Assembly: GCF_006345805.1 (NCBI RefSeq)
Contig: NC_043001.1
Span: forward strand, 13,082,001-13,146,000
Direction: 5' to 3'
Origin: Octopus sinensis
Lineage: Eukaryota
DNA: 64,000 bases
In this document: positions 1 to 13,706 of the stretch, in pieces
How positions within the stretch are numbered: position 1 is the stretch's first letter
How the letters are laid out: the number at the start of each line of letters is the position of its first letter
Translations under genes and position numbers: made by a program
The notes under the pieces: generated by a model
What the model was told of the DNA's origin: nothing
Database searches by the model: none
The model's input: the letters and a program-made list of their open reading frames with translations, nothing else

Positions 1-940
1 ATGTTTTATCATCTCTAATTTCTAGTACACCAATGTATTATAACTTTTAAATCTAAAATTCCCTCTGTTTCATGTATCACATCGATATATATTTAATGTA
101 TTTTTATATTTATATATTTGGAATTTTTATATCCGTTTTATAAATGTAGAAGAATATATGTATATATTTGATTCTGAGTGTGGTTATTAATTATGTTCTT
201 CTAGTTTCCGCTTGTATTGCCTCTATTCCGATTATTAAACGGTATATAGCTCTCACAGTGCATTACACCTCCTGTCTGTAGTTTATTTGTGGGTATAGTT
301 AACACTAGCAATTCTGAAAATAAAGCAGTTTATCTTATATATGTATGTATACATATACATAAACACACACACTTATAAGCAATACTGATAACGACAAAGA
401 GTATGGAGATTGGTGCATCCTCAAAATTGGCTTCCTGCTATTTTGCAATGTCAATCAATATGCAATTATTTTCATGGTTACTATGACTTATACGTGTTTC
501 CGCTGCACAGAATATGGCGAGTTGCAAAAGCAACCTGGCATAATTTTCTCTGCACCTTCGTTCGGGTTCTTTCAACCAGCTTGGCTCGAAGCGAATTCAT
601 TTAATTTAGGTGTTTATTGGTTAGGTTACAATGGGAAGTAAGGAGAGGGGTTGTTTTCAATCTGAAAATTGAACTGTTTCTAGATAATATTTCCATCCAG
701 TGAACTGAACATGGAATTACTTATCGGAAGAATTTACTACGTGAGCGACAACTCCTAGAAATGCAGGCGTTGATAAATATATATACATAATTATAAGTTA
801 GAGTATCTGCGAGATACCGCCATGCTGAAAATAGCAGTCAAAATCTGACTCTAAAACCATATTAAATGTTCATACGGCACAAGCAGAGAAGACAAAAAGA
901 CAAAATAAAACTAGCAAAAAATTACGTATATATATGCATT

Positions 941-1135
941 TCGTTTTGGGATTTGATTTGCAAGATTCCTTATGTGTGTTCGTGTGTTCAAGCATATTTT
1001 TCTGTGTCAGGGGAGAGTCATTTTCCTTCATGCTTTATTATGTAACACACTCACCGGTAAAATTTCCATTTCTTTCTTATTTGTATTTTCATAAAATGTT
1101 CGTTGCGTCTTGAAAGCTTTTCAATAGTCTTGAAA
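941..1135 (+). repeat. Dispersed unclassified repeat (second, internally inverted copy at ~42965-43155)
   Basis: tttcgttttgggatttgatttgcaagattc...ggggagagtcatttt...gttgcgtcttgaaagcttttcaatagtc recurs at 42965-43155, with the distal part reverse-complemented. Confidence 0.7.
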
Positions 1136-1169
1136 ATAATAGTCCGTTATTTACACTGCGTTACTTTTT

Positions 1170-1510
1170 GTTTGTTTGTGCACATGTGTAGGTGTGCCTA
1201 TGCATGCATGTATGTATGCATGTATGTATGCATGTGTGCGTATGCAAATATGTGTGTCTATGCATATGTATATATGTATGTGTGTGCATCTGCATGTATG
1301 CATTCTGCATATTCATGTGCTTGCTTGTCCATGTTTGTGTTTTTATGTGTGTCTGTGTGTGTGTTTATATACGTATGCACCTCTGTCTCCTTGTGTGTGC
1401 ATCTCTGAGTGTGTGTGTGTGTATGTGTGTGTGTGTGTGTGTGTGTATTTTGCAACTATGTACCGTGTTTGTATGTAGGGATGTGCATCGCTATATGTGT
1501 GGACACATGT
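1170..1510. repeat. Degenerate (GT)/(TATG)/(TGCA) compound microsatellite
   Basis: Visible gtgt/tatg/tgca runs; source of the C/V/M/Y-rich ORFs. Confidence 0.9.
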
Positions 1511-2114
1511 CTCCATATCTGTCATTATGTGAAGTAAAGTTTTTGTGTATATATGGCAATATGTCGTCAATATCATAGATACTTGCAGAGCACACAGAAA
1601 TCTCACATAAGAAATGTGTCTCACATCACTCAAGAACTCTACGCAAACTTATAGCCTAAAACAGTAAGAGGTCTCGGAGAACTTTTAGTGGGTTAAATCA
1701 GTTTATGTATATTTAAAAACACAGAGAAAGAGCCAGGATATTTTTCAAGTCGATATTCGTGTCTTCCCAACATCTTCTACAGCTCTTTCTATTCAAATTC
1801 ACTTGAATAAATTATTTTTGAAGGGAAAATATTAAACAAAAACCTCCTTCAAAACGATTCTGGTTTTCTATGAAATCGGATACAACGTTGTGACAACTTA
1901 AATACTTCAACATATTTAAAATGTATGTAAACATATTGTGGCGTTTTTCAAGTTAATTTGTTAAATACGCAGACAGTTACATATTTGTTCAGATACTGTT
2001 AAATCCAAACACAAAAGCAAAAATGAATTTCTTACATATTTTTTTCTTATCACATTTGAGAAAGGCAACCGCATTCTCACTCGCCCTGTTTATGAAGATA
2101 TATCTGTTTGTATC

Positions 2115-2147
2115 TCCCCCCTCTCTCTCTTTCTCACTCTGTATATA

Positions 2148-2178
<31 letters not shown>

Positions 2179-2316
2179 AGATATATTTGTGTGTGTTTAT
2201 ATGTGTGTGAATATGTGTATGTACATATATAATATGTAATCAAATATATATATATATATACGTATATATACAAGTATGTTCGATTGTGTGAATTGTATAT
2301 GTGTATATATATATTC

Positions 2317-2348
<32 letters not shown>

Positions 2349-2358
2349 ACATACATAC

Positions 2359-2425
<67 letters not shown>

Positions 2426-2580
2426 CAGATGGATAGATAGACAGATAGATACAGAGGAGTGGTGATTTCGATTGGATTATCTCCATTCTTGTCAATCGCA
2501 CGCTCATATATATATATATATATATAATATATATATATATACGTACACATACACACACATATATATAGAGAGAGAGGGGG
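2115..2580. repeat. Compound (TA)n/(GT)n/(GATA)n microsatellite
   Basis: Direct reading; (GATA)n at ~2358-2450. Confidence 0.9.
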
Positions 2581-2735
2581 AGAGATGCAGGTGGTGTGGT
2601 AAGAACGTTGCGTCCCATCCGCACGGTTCCTGGTTCAGTCTTACTGCATAACACCTTGCAAAAGTGTCTCTTGGTAAGCATACACTTACAGGAGTAATTT
2701 CATTTTATACACAGTTAATTATATTACCGACCTAG

Positions 2736-2833
2736 GTTTTAAAGATTAAGCAGTAATGTGTGAATAAGTGTATGGGCTTGTAAAATGCATGCATTTACAC
2801 TCATACACACATTACTGCTTAATATTTAAAAAC
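2736..2833. repeat. Imperfect inverted repeat (~37-bp arms, ~23-nt loop)
   Basis: ttttaaagattaagcagtaatgtgtgaataagtgta pairs with tacactcatacacacattactgcttaatatttaaaa. Confidence 0.8.
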
Positions 2834-2926
2834 TTCTTGAGAAAAATATTTTCCAAAATGTAAAAAATGCAATAAATTCCAAAATTTAAAAGAAACGGCA
2901 GAAACTTAGTTGTCAACCCAATAGAT

Positions 2927-3404
2927 TGTTTTGTCTTGGTATAAATGATGGGCAATATCAAATATTCTGTTCAATTCCTCACAATTGCTTGTCAGTTGTT
3001 CGACCATAACCAGTTGAGCGAATCCCTTAGTGGCTGACGATATGTGCATCTCTGATCACGATCAGAAGTAGTGTGGGAGCCATGTACTGAGCGGAAGTTT
3101 GGGGTGGGGTTGAATAATTCAACTCTGGAAACATGGGTGCTTTTTCCATTATCCATAAAAGAAACCTTTTTTCAGGAACCCCTTGTGTGGGATGGGCTAC
3201 TCGACGTGAAGAAAATTGTAATCGTACCTCAACTACAAAGTCGTGTACTGTTTATTTTGATATGAGATCACCATGTCACGCACATAGGTATGTGATGCAT
3301 GTGCCCGGTGTACCCTTATGAGACGGGTACTCAAGATGGGTATGTTAGACTTCCTATATTTGTACCCTAGTGTTACATTGATGGTATGCGCTTCTGTCTC
3401 AGGC
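2927..3404 (+). mobile_element. 3'-terminal segment of a (TAA)n-associated retroelement, family T2 (diverged copy)
   Basis: Homologous to the reverse complement of 50149-50625 and to 18620-18845; 3' end runs directly into the (AAT)n array. Confidence 0.7.
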
Positions 3405-3562
3405 AATAATGATAATAATAATAATAATAATATAATAATAATAATATAATAATAATAATAATAATAATATAATAATAATAATGATAATAAAAGTAATAAT
3501 AATGATAATAATAATAATAATATATAATAATAATAATAATGATAATAAAAGTAATAATAATG

Positions 3563-3596
<34 letters not shown>

Positions 3597-3901
3597 TAAT
3601 AAAAGCAATAATAATAATAATAATGATAATAATATAATAATAATAATAATAATAATATAATATAATAATATAATATAATAATAATAATGATAATAAAAGC
3701 AATAATAATAATAATATAATAATAATATATAATAATAATAATGATAATAAAAGCAATAATAATATAATATATAATAATAATAATAATGATAATAAAAGCA
3801 ATAATAATAATATAATAATAAATAATAATATAATAATAATAATAATGATAATAAAAGCAATAATAATAATAATATAATAATAATAATATGATAATAAAAG
3901 C

Positions 3902-3938
<37 letters not shown>

Positions 3939-3999
3939 TAATAATAATAATGATAATAAAAGCAATAATAATAATAATAATAATAATGATAATAAAAGC

Positions 4000-4033
<34 letters not shown>

Positions 4034-4081
4034 TAATAATAATGATAATAAAAGCAATAATAATAATATAATAATAATAAT

Positions 4082-4114
<33 letters not shown>

Positions 4115-4216
4115 TATAATTATAATAATAATAATATAATTATAATAATAATAATAATTAATAATAATAATAATAATTATAATAATAATAATAATAATAA
4201 TAATAAAAGCAATAAT

Positions 4217-4248
<32 letters not shown>

Positions 4249-4310
4249 ATTATAATAATAATAATTATAATAATTATAATAATAATGATAATAATAATAA
4301 TAATAATAAT
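3405..4310. repeat. ~900-bp (AAT)n array with recurring GATAATAAAAGC variant units
   Basis: Direct reading; source of poly-Y/I/L ORFs. Confidence 0.97.
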
Positions 4311-6304
4311 ACATCTGTCTATATATTTATTTATATGCATGTGTGTGTTTGTGTGTTTGTGTTTATTTTAAAATCAATAGATCGTGTCTCACGTTTCGAT
4401 TTTTATTTTCCGTTTGAAACCTACAGATAACAAACTGTTTATGAATGTATACTCATCCGTATACACTTTATAAACGCCTCATATACATACACACACCCAC
4501 AATCACGCGGAAGCAAATGTATTTAAGAGTCTGTTTTTTCTTTATTAATTGCATCCTCATATCTATCAACGCATCTGTTATTGGATATATTATTTCTTTT
4601 CATAATGACTTTGAATATATTCCTGTAAGCCATTTACCAAACAAATATATTTGTTTGTCTATCGTTTTTCTCTGGATATATGTGTCTTCTGTACTGCACT
4701 TATATTTTACTCTACTATTCAAATATTTATTTATCGTTTGGTCTAATTTAATTTTCAATTGCCTTTATTTTTAGTCTCTAAGAATATAAACTTCTTAGAA
4801 ATGTGTTCCTGCAAATGCTGATACTACCGCTTGTGAGGTTTCCTGTGTCATTCCTTATCACTTCTTTTCTTTCTCTCTGCGTGTTTCCATCACATATATA
4901 TTTCAGTAAATACATATCTTTATGCCTGACATTATCAGAGGTTTTACAACCTTGGTTATCGTTCTTTGTTTCTTCGTTCAGCTCAGCATATATAATATTA
5001 AAATCCAATATAATCCACGATTCTATAATTTTATTTGAGGTAGATTTGACTGAGATTCATTCATGCCGTTTCCGATTCACTCTCGTGCAGCTTACAGCTA
5101 TTTTAACCTGTTCTTATCTCTCTCCTTTTCACTTTCTCTTCTCCTTACTAACCTTACTTTGCCATTTCCATATAAATATACAACTACATGTATTGTGCTG
5201 TCTTTCTCTTTGTGTTTCTGATATTTCTATTCATATATTTCTCTTTAAGTCTATCTCTATTCACCTGTAACCAAAATGTGTTTTCATTCGTCATTATAGA
5301 TACACTTAATTCTCTCATAACATACAGAGAATATTTATTTTATCGGAAATCTATGTTGCTCTACGTCACTGCTACACTTCTGAAGTAAACAACCATTATT
5401 CGAAATTCGTTTCATTTTTGATGACAATGGTTATGTATTCACAAAGCAAAAGATTTAGACATCAATGCAGTCAAGAAAGCATTGACATTCTTGCCGAAGT
5501 TCTGAAGCCTTAACTATCAGTACTGTTTATTGCAAACCAAATTGTAATAGTGTAGAGATATAAGCCAAAATTGTTGAAGACAAAGAGAATAGAAATTATT
5601 TTGTTTATATGTAACTGTTTTGCTATTGTGTGATATGAGAATATGTAGATAGAAGCCCCACATTAATTGCTGATAAGACTTAGACTAGGAATGGAATGGT
5701 TTCATGCTTAAATGCTTAATGACTTTATTTTGTCTGGTTTCGTTTTGATGTCAAGCAATCTTCCACGCATTCTATTGTCTTCCCGCGGATTCTATTCTAA
5801 TACACTTTGATTGCAAAAAAAAAAAAAACAAAAGTGAAACGCATAGCTATAAAAAATATCTGAATTATTGGATGATCCTATTCAAATTAAATATTTATTT
5901 ACAGAAATTTCTATCGAATTCTATTATTATGAGTTTATTTTTCGAGAAAAATGAAGTGAGAATGAGGCTGGAATAGATAGTTTGTGATGGAGTGAGAAGA
6001 AGATTTTTACGAAAACAGAGGTTACAGAAATTAAAGTTGACAATATCATTTGTTTTAATAGTAAAATTGGGAAGGCTGTTTATTTAGAACTCAAAGTCAA
6101 GTTACTTAGTGCCCCATTCTTGTATTAGTAGCCGTCTACAATCCAAATCTTTTGCCAGAAGTTGCTTTTCAAGAGGTGTAAGATAGTAAAGGCCCCACCA
6201 TTGCCAACATCATATTCCAGCTAAATATAATCCCAAAAGCATCCACTGTGATGGTAGCAGTGAGAGAAGCACTTCTGCTCAATTTTCCGTATTTCGCAAT
6301 GGAA

Positions 6305-6515
6305 GGCGGCCAGCTGGCTGAATCGTGAGCATGCCGAATGAAAAGCTCAGTGGAATTTCGTCCGTTTTTACGCCTTGACTTCAAATTCAGCCGAAGTCGA
6401 CTTTACCTTTCATCATTTCGAGGTCGATAAAATAAGTACCATTCAAGTACTAGGATCGATGTAATCGACTTACGCTCTCCCCCGATCATGCTGGCTTTAT
6501 GCCAAAATTTATAAT
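6305..6515 (+). mobile_element. tRNA-derived SINE family A (diverged)
   Basis: ggcggccagctggc head; core gtcgactttacctttcatcatttcgaggtcgataaaataagtacc. Confidence 0.8.
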
Positions 6516-6819
6516 AAATATTTCAGAATGAAAGCAACAACACGATGAATAATGTCAATAACTACACCGATAAAGCATCAGCATGTCAACAGGAACAACT
6601 CTGCCATAATGTAGGTGATGGACGGAGTTTTGGATATGTGGGTTCCCTGATTGGCCGTACTTATATATCACTTTCAATCAGAAGATTTTGATGAAACGGG
6701 TATTCATATTTCTTTCCTTTTCCTTGCAACTCTGCCGTTTATTTTATGTAAATCCCCACTTTATAATTTTATAATTTAAATGACGAATTATAAATAAGAT
6801 ATAAAAATTATTAGTTCCA

Positions 6820-7030
6820 AGGTGGCGATCTAGCAGTCTCGTTAGGACCTTAGACACAATGCATTCCGAAGTCTTAACATTCGGACCTCGAATTCCGCAA
6901 ACATCAACTTTACCTTTCATCCTTTCAGAGTCGATTAAATAATCATCACTCAACCAAATGGGTTGCTGTAATCGACAAGCTCTCTTCTACAAACTTCAGT
7001 CACTGTGCATAAAGTAGACAGTAATATTAT
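6820..7030 (+). mobile_element. SINE family A (old, diverged)
   Basis: aaggtggcgatctagcag head; ctttacctttcatcctttcagagtcgattaaat core. Confidence 0.65.
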
Positions 7031-7447
7031 TATTGTTGTTATTATTATTATTAAAATGCTACAAGTTGATAATATCGTTACAACGTTGGAAATTTCTTTG
7101 CGATAATTGTATAAGCACTGAGTTCATGTCCTAGCAAGTTCAGTGTTGCTTTTCATTCTCTGAGGACTGGTACAATATAGCATCAGGTGAGCACTGGCAT
7201 CAATGAAAGAGACAAACCAATGCCTTTACGAAAATTACCGGCGTTGTGTTAATATATGAAATACTTGAAGGCAGCGATGTGGCAGAATCATTAACGCGTT
7301 GGGCAAAATTATCGAATATGCGTCGTTCACTCCTGCCCTTTGAATTCCGAGTTCGAATCGCAACGAAATCCACTGTACATTTTAATAATCGACATCGATA
7401 ATATAAATATTATTTGAGCGACTTCCTTTCCCTCAAAATTGTTGGCC

Positions 7448-7479
<32 letters not shown>

Positions 7480-7482
<3 letters not shown>

Positions 7483-7863
7483 TAGTTTTATTTTTATAGC
7501 GTGCTTTCACTTCACTACCGAGCACAGCTCTGTGTGCCTTGGGTATGTGCTGTGATTTGTTGTGATGCTCTGATGGTTATTGTATGGAACGTGTTCTGCG
7601 TAGGATGTGTGCAGTGCCTAGTAGTGCAATTTTCTGTATGTTATATGTGTTTGTAAGTCCTGGTGTTTTTGTTATGTATTTGTCTGAATATTTTTTTATT
7701 CTGCCTAATGCACCTACTATGATAGGAATTGTTTCTGTTTTCAGATTCCACATTCTGGTTACCTCTATTTCCAGGTCTTTGTATTTTGAGAGTTTCTCCA
7801 TTTCTTTTAGAGACACGTTGTCATCTGCCGGTATTGATACATCAATTAGAAAGCATTTTTTTT
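7480..7863 (-). mobile_element. 5'-truncated non-LTR retrotransposon with C-terminal restriction-like endonuclease (R4/Dong-type), family T1
   Basis: Minus frame KKCFLIDVSIPADDNVSLKEMEKLSKYKDLEIEVTRMWNLKTETIPIIVGALG...IQKIALLGTAHILRR matches the RLE motifs (ID..., K..KY..L, P...GALG) of R2-superfamily elements; ~95-nt 3' UTR; (ATT)n on both sides. Confidence 0.88.
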
Positions 7864-7871
7864 TATTATTA

Positions 7872-7908
<37 letters not shown>

Positions 7909-8883
7909 CATCATCATAAAGTCACATGCCTTTGTTATTGATTTAAATTATTAGCTTATTTTTTACACATAACTTGAAAGAAAATACAATTAACACCATC
8001 TCAGTGTATAGAGACAGACAGGCAAAACAACGTTTAAAATGATGCGTAATTCACATCCTGGAAATTGAATCAGATTACTTTTTGCAGATTTTATAACGAG
8101 TTATCTTTTGGTCATGCTTGATTCGGTAGCAATCTGATCAAATGTCTTCTAGGTATATCTAACTCTAAATCTTTATTTATTTGAAAATATATCGAGGAAG
8201 GGGTCATCTCATGTGTATTTGATATAATGCATTGAATAAAGGAAATTATTCTTTTCCTACAAGAATTATGGGAATTATGGTTTGTTTAGAGTATATTTCC
8301 AGCAGAGTTATTTTTAGCAGACTTTACTATACTTTATAATTATATGTGTGTGAGCATGACTAGTAATGTTTTTGAGAATACTTATTTTGACTCATGCGAG
8401 CAGAGAAAATTCGACGTTAAAATAATGATAATTATTAGAAACATTATGAAGTTTGTGTCGTCATGCTCACATGTCATGTTGTTTTCCCGCATGAGTATAT
8501 TCCTATTCGTCTCACTTTTTTGTCATTTCTTCTGTCATTCTCAGCATTATTCTCTCGAATTAACTTCAGCACCACTTCCATGATCTTTCTGTGACACGAA
8601 TCACAAAGAATTTTCCATCGTCCATTCACGTCACAGTTATATATGTCATGTTGGTTTAAGTTTTCAGTCGGTGTCTTTCTTCCCTTCAGCTGTCTTCCAT
8701 ATTGGTTAATATTTCGAACCCTAATATAATACGCTCATCCTATTTTCCTCTAACTTTCATTGTATGTCGCACTACTATCCAACTAAAGCGTGTTTTATAT
8801 GGTTAAGCAACGCGCACTTAACTCAGTCCTTCATTAATGTTTTTCTATAGGTTGCAAGAGTGGAAGGAATATGCTTCAATTCT

Positions 8884-9002
8884 TATTTCTTTATTACCCA
8901 CAAGGGGCTAAACATAGAGGGGACAAACAAGGACAGACAAAGGGATTAAGTCGATTAGATCGACCACAGTGCGTAACTGCTACTTAATTTATCGACCCCG
9001 AA
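8884..9002 (-). mobile_element. 5'-truncated SINE family A with TSD
   Basis: Tail tatttctttattacccacaaggggctaaacatagag to atcgaccccg; flanked by aatatg(c/t)ttcaattcttat duplication. Confidence 0.8.
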
Positions 9003-9727
9003 ATATGTTTCAATTCTTATAACATATTATCACGTCAAGTGCTTTTTATGTTTTATTTTGGCAATTCCAATTTTTATTCTGTTGATCACAAAATATATAT
9101 GGTTTAATTAATGCTGATATATCTAAATCACAACAATGCAAATAAGGCTATCTACGATGGCTTCTTTTTATATAAGAGCTGAATATTCTATATTATCATT
9201 TAGGGAATTGGACTCGGGTATATATCTACAGAAGAAATGGAATCAGTCAACTTTATATTCTTGCGTAGGATGTAGAATCATTCTTTTAGTAAAAACATAT
9301 GGCACTCGGTTAGTTCATATGATACTGCTTCACAAATTGAAATATATTGGATAATGCAATAATGGTCGTACTTTCTGTAACGAAATTCGAGTTAACAATA
9401 TTTATGACTAGAAAGCATTTACAGTTCGACGATACCTATAACCACTGATCGCTGATCAAATAAAGAATATATAACACAATCTACTGCACAAAATCGTATT
9501 TCTTATTTGTAGATTAAACAATTTTGTTAATATGATTTTGACATATCGATATTGGCAAGCGCTTGCTTGCGTAACATACATGAAATTGATAAATCTTATC
9601 AATATCAGGAAAAACGAAGTGTCTAAACCGTTTGATATTCAGACATAATTTTTGTCTATGATATCAAATGTTTCAAATTCAGAAATATAAATCATATTAG
9701 AAGATAAATCTTCTCACTGTTGAGCCT

Positions 9728-10602
9728 ATAGTCATTCATTTATTTTTCCAGTCGACTACAATTTGAAATGTCTGTGCCTGGGCCAATAAATACTAACAAG
9801 AGCAGATGGCGTGTGAGAATCTGGCATGATACCCTTACGTCAAGATGCAAATATATTATCTTCTGTATCAAAAACGTGAAATTATAAAAGCGAAGAGGTT
9901 TAACAAGTGATTTTTAAAGAATAAGTTCAAGAAGATAATGATGCTATTAAGGCAGCATATCATTATCCATTTAAATCCTCATGCATAATGCATTCTAAGG
10001 AGATTAGCTCAAGCAGATGAACTCTCGTGCCCTATCTGAACTTAAAATATAACTGTGTCTGCAGATTGAGATAATATTTTAAACAAATGATGCGTTAACT
10101 ACGATATCAGTTTGTACAAATATAGAAATCTATCCGGGATATTGCATTTCAAAAACAGATCTATCGTAGTCATTAATTTATTTTTCCAATCGACTACAAT
10201 TTGAGATGTCTGTGCCTGGGCCAATAAATGCTAACAAGAGCAGGTGGCGTGTGGGAATCGGGCATGATATCCTTACGTCAAGATGCAAATATATAATCTT
10301 CTGTATTAAAAACGTTAAATTATAAAAGCGAAGAGGTTTAACAAGTGCTTTTTGAAGAATAAGTTCAAGAAGATAATGATGCTATTAAGGCAGCATATCA
10401 TTATCCATTTAAACCCTCATGCATAATGCATTCTAAGATTAGCCCAAGCAAATGAACTCTCGTGCCCTATCTGAACTTAAAATATAACTGTGTCTACAGA
10501 CTGAGATAAGATTTTAATCAAATGATGAGAAACTACGATATCAGTTTATACAATTATTGATATCTATCCTGGATACTGCATTTCAAAAACGGTTCTATCG
10601 TA
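9728..10602. repeat. Tandem duplication of a ~438-bp unit (2 copies)
   Basis: cgactacaatttga...gtgcctgggccaataaa at 9753 and 10191; both units end cattcaaaaac-like/ctatcgta; high but imperfect identity. Confidence 0.92.
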
Positions 10603-12322
10603 ATATTTTTTTCTGTTAACTAGATTCCGATTAGAATATTACTACTGCAATAAATCAAATGTATATATCTTATATATGGCCATAAGCACGAAGAAATTGG
10701 ACGTTCAAATATAAACAGTTCGAACGAAACAATCAATCATGTAATAAATAATTATTTCTTAAAATATACACGGGACAATCATCTCGATAAATAACTTATA
10801 TATTATACGGCCAAAGTTTACCCGAGACAATGTGTGACTTAATAACAGCAACTAGTAGGATTTGTGAAGTAATTTTAAAGTCATATTTTATCGTAATGTT
10901 CAATTCAAGGGGTGGAGAATATGTTGTTGACTGAGATTTGTCCAGGTATGTTTGGCTTATCTGGTATTCCTTGAAGAAATTTGTGCAGGTTCGTTTTGAA
11001 GGTGGTGAGTACTTTTCATTCTGTGATTTGTTTTGGAATAATTTCAAATAGAGCAGGGTCTATACAAGAATGAGCAGTGTTCCTTCGGAAACAGAAATTA
11101 TACTGCAGCGAATTTACATTTTATCATATTGAATTGTGTAGGGCGTGTATGGCAGGTGTCCCCAGCTATGGATGAATTTTGAATCTAATATCTAGTATTG
11201 CTCAATGCAAATGGTATATTCTCCAAATTGTGCGAATTTTGTAGCACCTACGGTGGTAGTGGAGTGAACATGGATCTCATGATTTAAGCGGGTCCCAGCA
11301 ATCGAGATCGGTCATGCTCTTACTTTCTTAGTGTATGCACTGTAGGATGACTCATTTCTCGTAATGTTTTTTAGTGTGTGGAGACTACAGGGAGCAGGAG
11401 TATTCAAAGTGTGGCCGGACACAGAAGAAGTAGGGAATTCTGACAAAACCTGAAATACTTTCCTTGGTCATTCCTTACTCTCAAATGTAATGACCTACAA
11501 TCATTAAAGATATATTATGCAGACTGGAACTGTTTATTTCCGAAGTGTCTTATTTTTCAGTAGCTAAAGTTAAGGACGTCTCTTCAATGCAAATGACATA
11601 TTCTCCAAATCCTGCAAATTTTGTAGTACCTATGGTGGTACTGGAGAGATCAAGGCTCCAATGCTTTAACCGTACAAAACGCTTTAAGCAGTACAATGCT
11701 TTAAGCAGTACAGAAGTTTAAACTCCAGTATATGATTTCATGGTGCACTGAAGCTTACCAGGTCATTAATAAAATTCATCCAAAAATAATTACCTATCCT
11801 AATATTTTCCGATCAAGCATAATATAATTTGAGTTTTAAAAGAACCTGACATACACTCATCAAACTCTAAACCTTTGTTTTTAGAGCACACTTAGTTACA
11901 GAAATATAGGTATAAATTCATGCGTAATGTATGCATTTTCAAATGTACTCAATATATTCAGTGACCTATTTGAAAGGAAATAAAATATTTAACAGCGAAC
12001 GAAGAATAAAAAAAAATTATATTAAAAATTTATGAGAATAAAGATAGATTTATTACTCGAAAATATCAAATATTTTCCTTCGTTCTCTATGTGATTATCA
12101 AACGTTTATTACTTTTTTCACTTTTATAAGTATTATGTGGAATACATAAATTTATAGATTCTAATTCTTGAATTTTTATATGGGAGTTCCTTACAATTTT
12201 ATAGAATTTAGTTATTAATTGCTCGAGGATATTTCCCTTTATTGGTAGAAGTTTGTCCGTAACATGTGCGGTTATCGCTTCAGAAAAAAAATAATTCGGC
12301 TTAGTTTGAAGATATAGAAATA

Positions 12323-12560
12323 TATTGGTGCATAATTATTGCGGCATTCTTTTAGCAAATTTTATTCAACAAAAATAATAACATGTAACAAAAGCATCTT
12401 TAAATGATTATTTCAGAGCATATTCACCATCTACTGCTTCGCATTTGCTTGGAAGACGGTCACACTGTCATTTAGAGATGTTTTTTATTAAATATTGTTA
12501 CTACTTTTGTTAAATTAGATTTATTGAAAAACGCCGCAATAGTTGTGCACCAACCCAATA
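12323..12560 (-). mobile_element. Mariner-derived MITE (internally deleted)
   Basis: TIRs ttggtgcataattattgcggc / gccgcaatagttgtgcaccaacccaa with TA ends; minus-strand remnant RLPSKCEAVDGEY resembles a mariner C-terminus. Confidence 0.75.
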
Positions 12561-13706
12561 GAAATATTTTGTTTCGTATATTTTCTGATGTCTATATTTT
12601 AAAAAATTTTAATATTTTGCAACCAAAAATATGTTATCGTATGACACATATTTAACTAAAAGTTTTGCAATCTGTGGCTTGGGAGATGTAAATTTACAAT
12701 TTCTGAAGTTGGACTTCATTTTCATAATTTCAGAAATATTCCCTTTCATCTGATTTCTGTACGTTTGCATAGGTAATCCGAAAACGTTTCTTACTCAAGG
12801 GAAATGTAGTTGGCGTGAAATATATTTTCTATTGCCTACCTAAAATAATTGATTTCATTTCTTATTGTAATACTTGTGGAAATACATAAAATGGCTGCGC
12901 GTACATGGCTTCCATTTTAATAGCTGAAATTTATTTTAACATCAAAGATTGTAGTCATAAAATATATGCAATGAGGATTTGTTAAAATATGAAGTAAACT
13001 TGTTGTTTTTTTAATTCTTGAATGTAGCGAGAAAATTTGAAACACTTCTCTCTGGAGAGGGCTGATATCAAACACGTTAAAATCAGGAATATAATACTTA
13101 TGGATTTTGATTTAAAAGAACAAAACCGTTTGCAACTAAACATAAAATATTAAATAACTTTTATGTGATTTTAACTAAATATAATATCAAAGACATGAAT
13201 GCAATGATCTAAAAAATGTTTCTTTAGCATGCAAACGTAACCTGTAATAAGTTGTAGAAGGAAATGTTTAAAAGTGATTTGAAATGTAACGTACTCATAT
13301 TTTTAATATATCATCCACAAATAAAACACGAAGTTTAAAGCATTTCAATAATTTAGTTTTATTGAATATTTTGGTTGTTTAACATTTTGTTTCTAAGCTG
13401 TTAACTACTTTTAAGATTGAACGTTATTTACTCTAGATTTCTTACATGTTTTCCTGTTGTGACACGTATCCTTTAGCATAATTTTAAATGGTTGATGAAG
13501 TTTAAAATAAAATTGCTTAAAGGAGGTTATGCACTATAATAACGTATTAATGTTTTTCATTTCTTACTCTACTGAAATTTCTGTAAGTTTCATTACAATG
13601 TACATGGAAGAAGATATGTGAATTTGCATATTATGTTACATGTATGCTAATGCTTCTTTAGCCAATATAGCATAAAATTATTTTAGCTAATATTCATGCA
13701 GTTTCT

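Noticed and set aside
362-641. ~90-codon stop-free plus frame (…YGDWCILKIGFLLFC…)
   Set aside because: No recognisable domain, start context or consistent splice sites
3233-4340. Long ORFs (up to 274 aa) rich in Y/I/L
   Set aside because: Translation of (ATT)n microsatellite; the same applies to the (TA)/(GT) ORFs at 1103-2681, 21553-21938 and 28753-29592
5400-6290. Possible LINE remnants (VKKAL/D-like, LVAVYNP)
   Set aside because: Motifs too short and in the wrong order to call without an alignment
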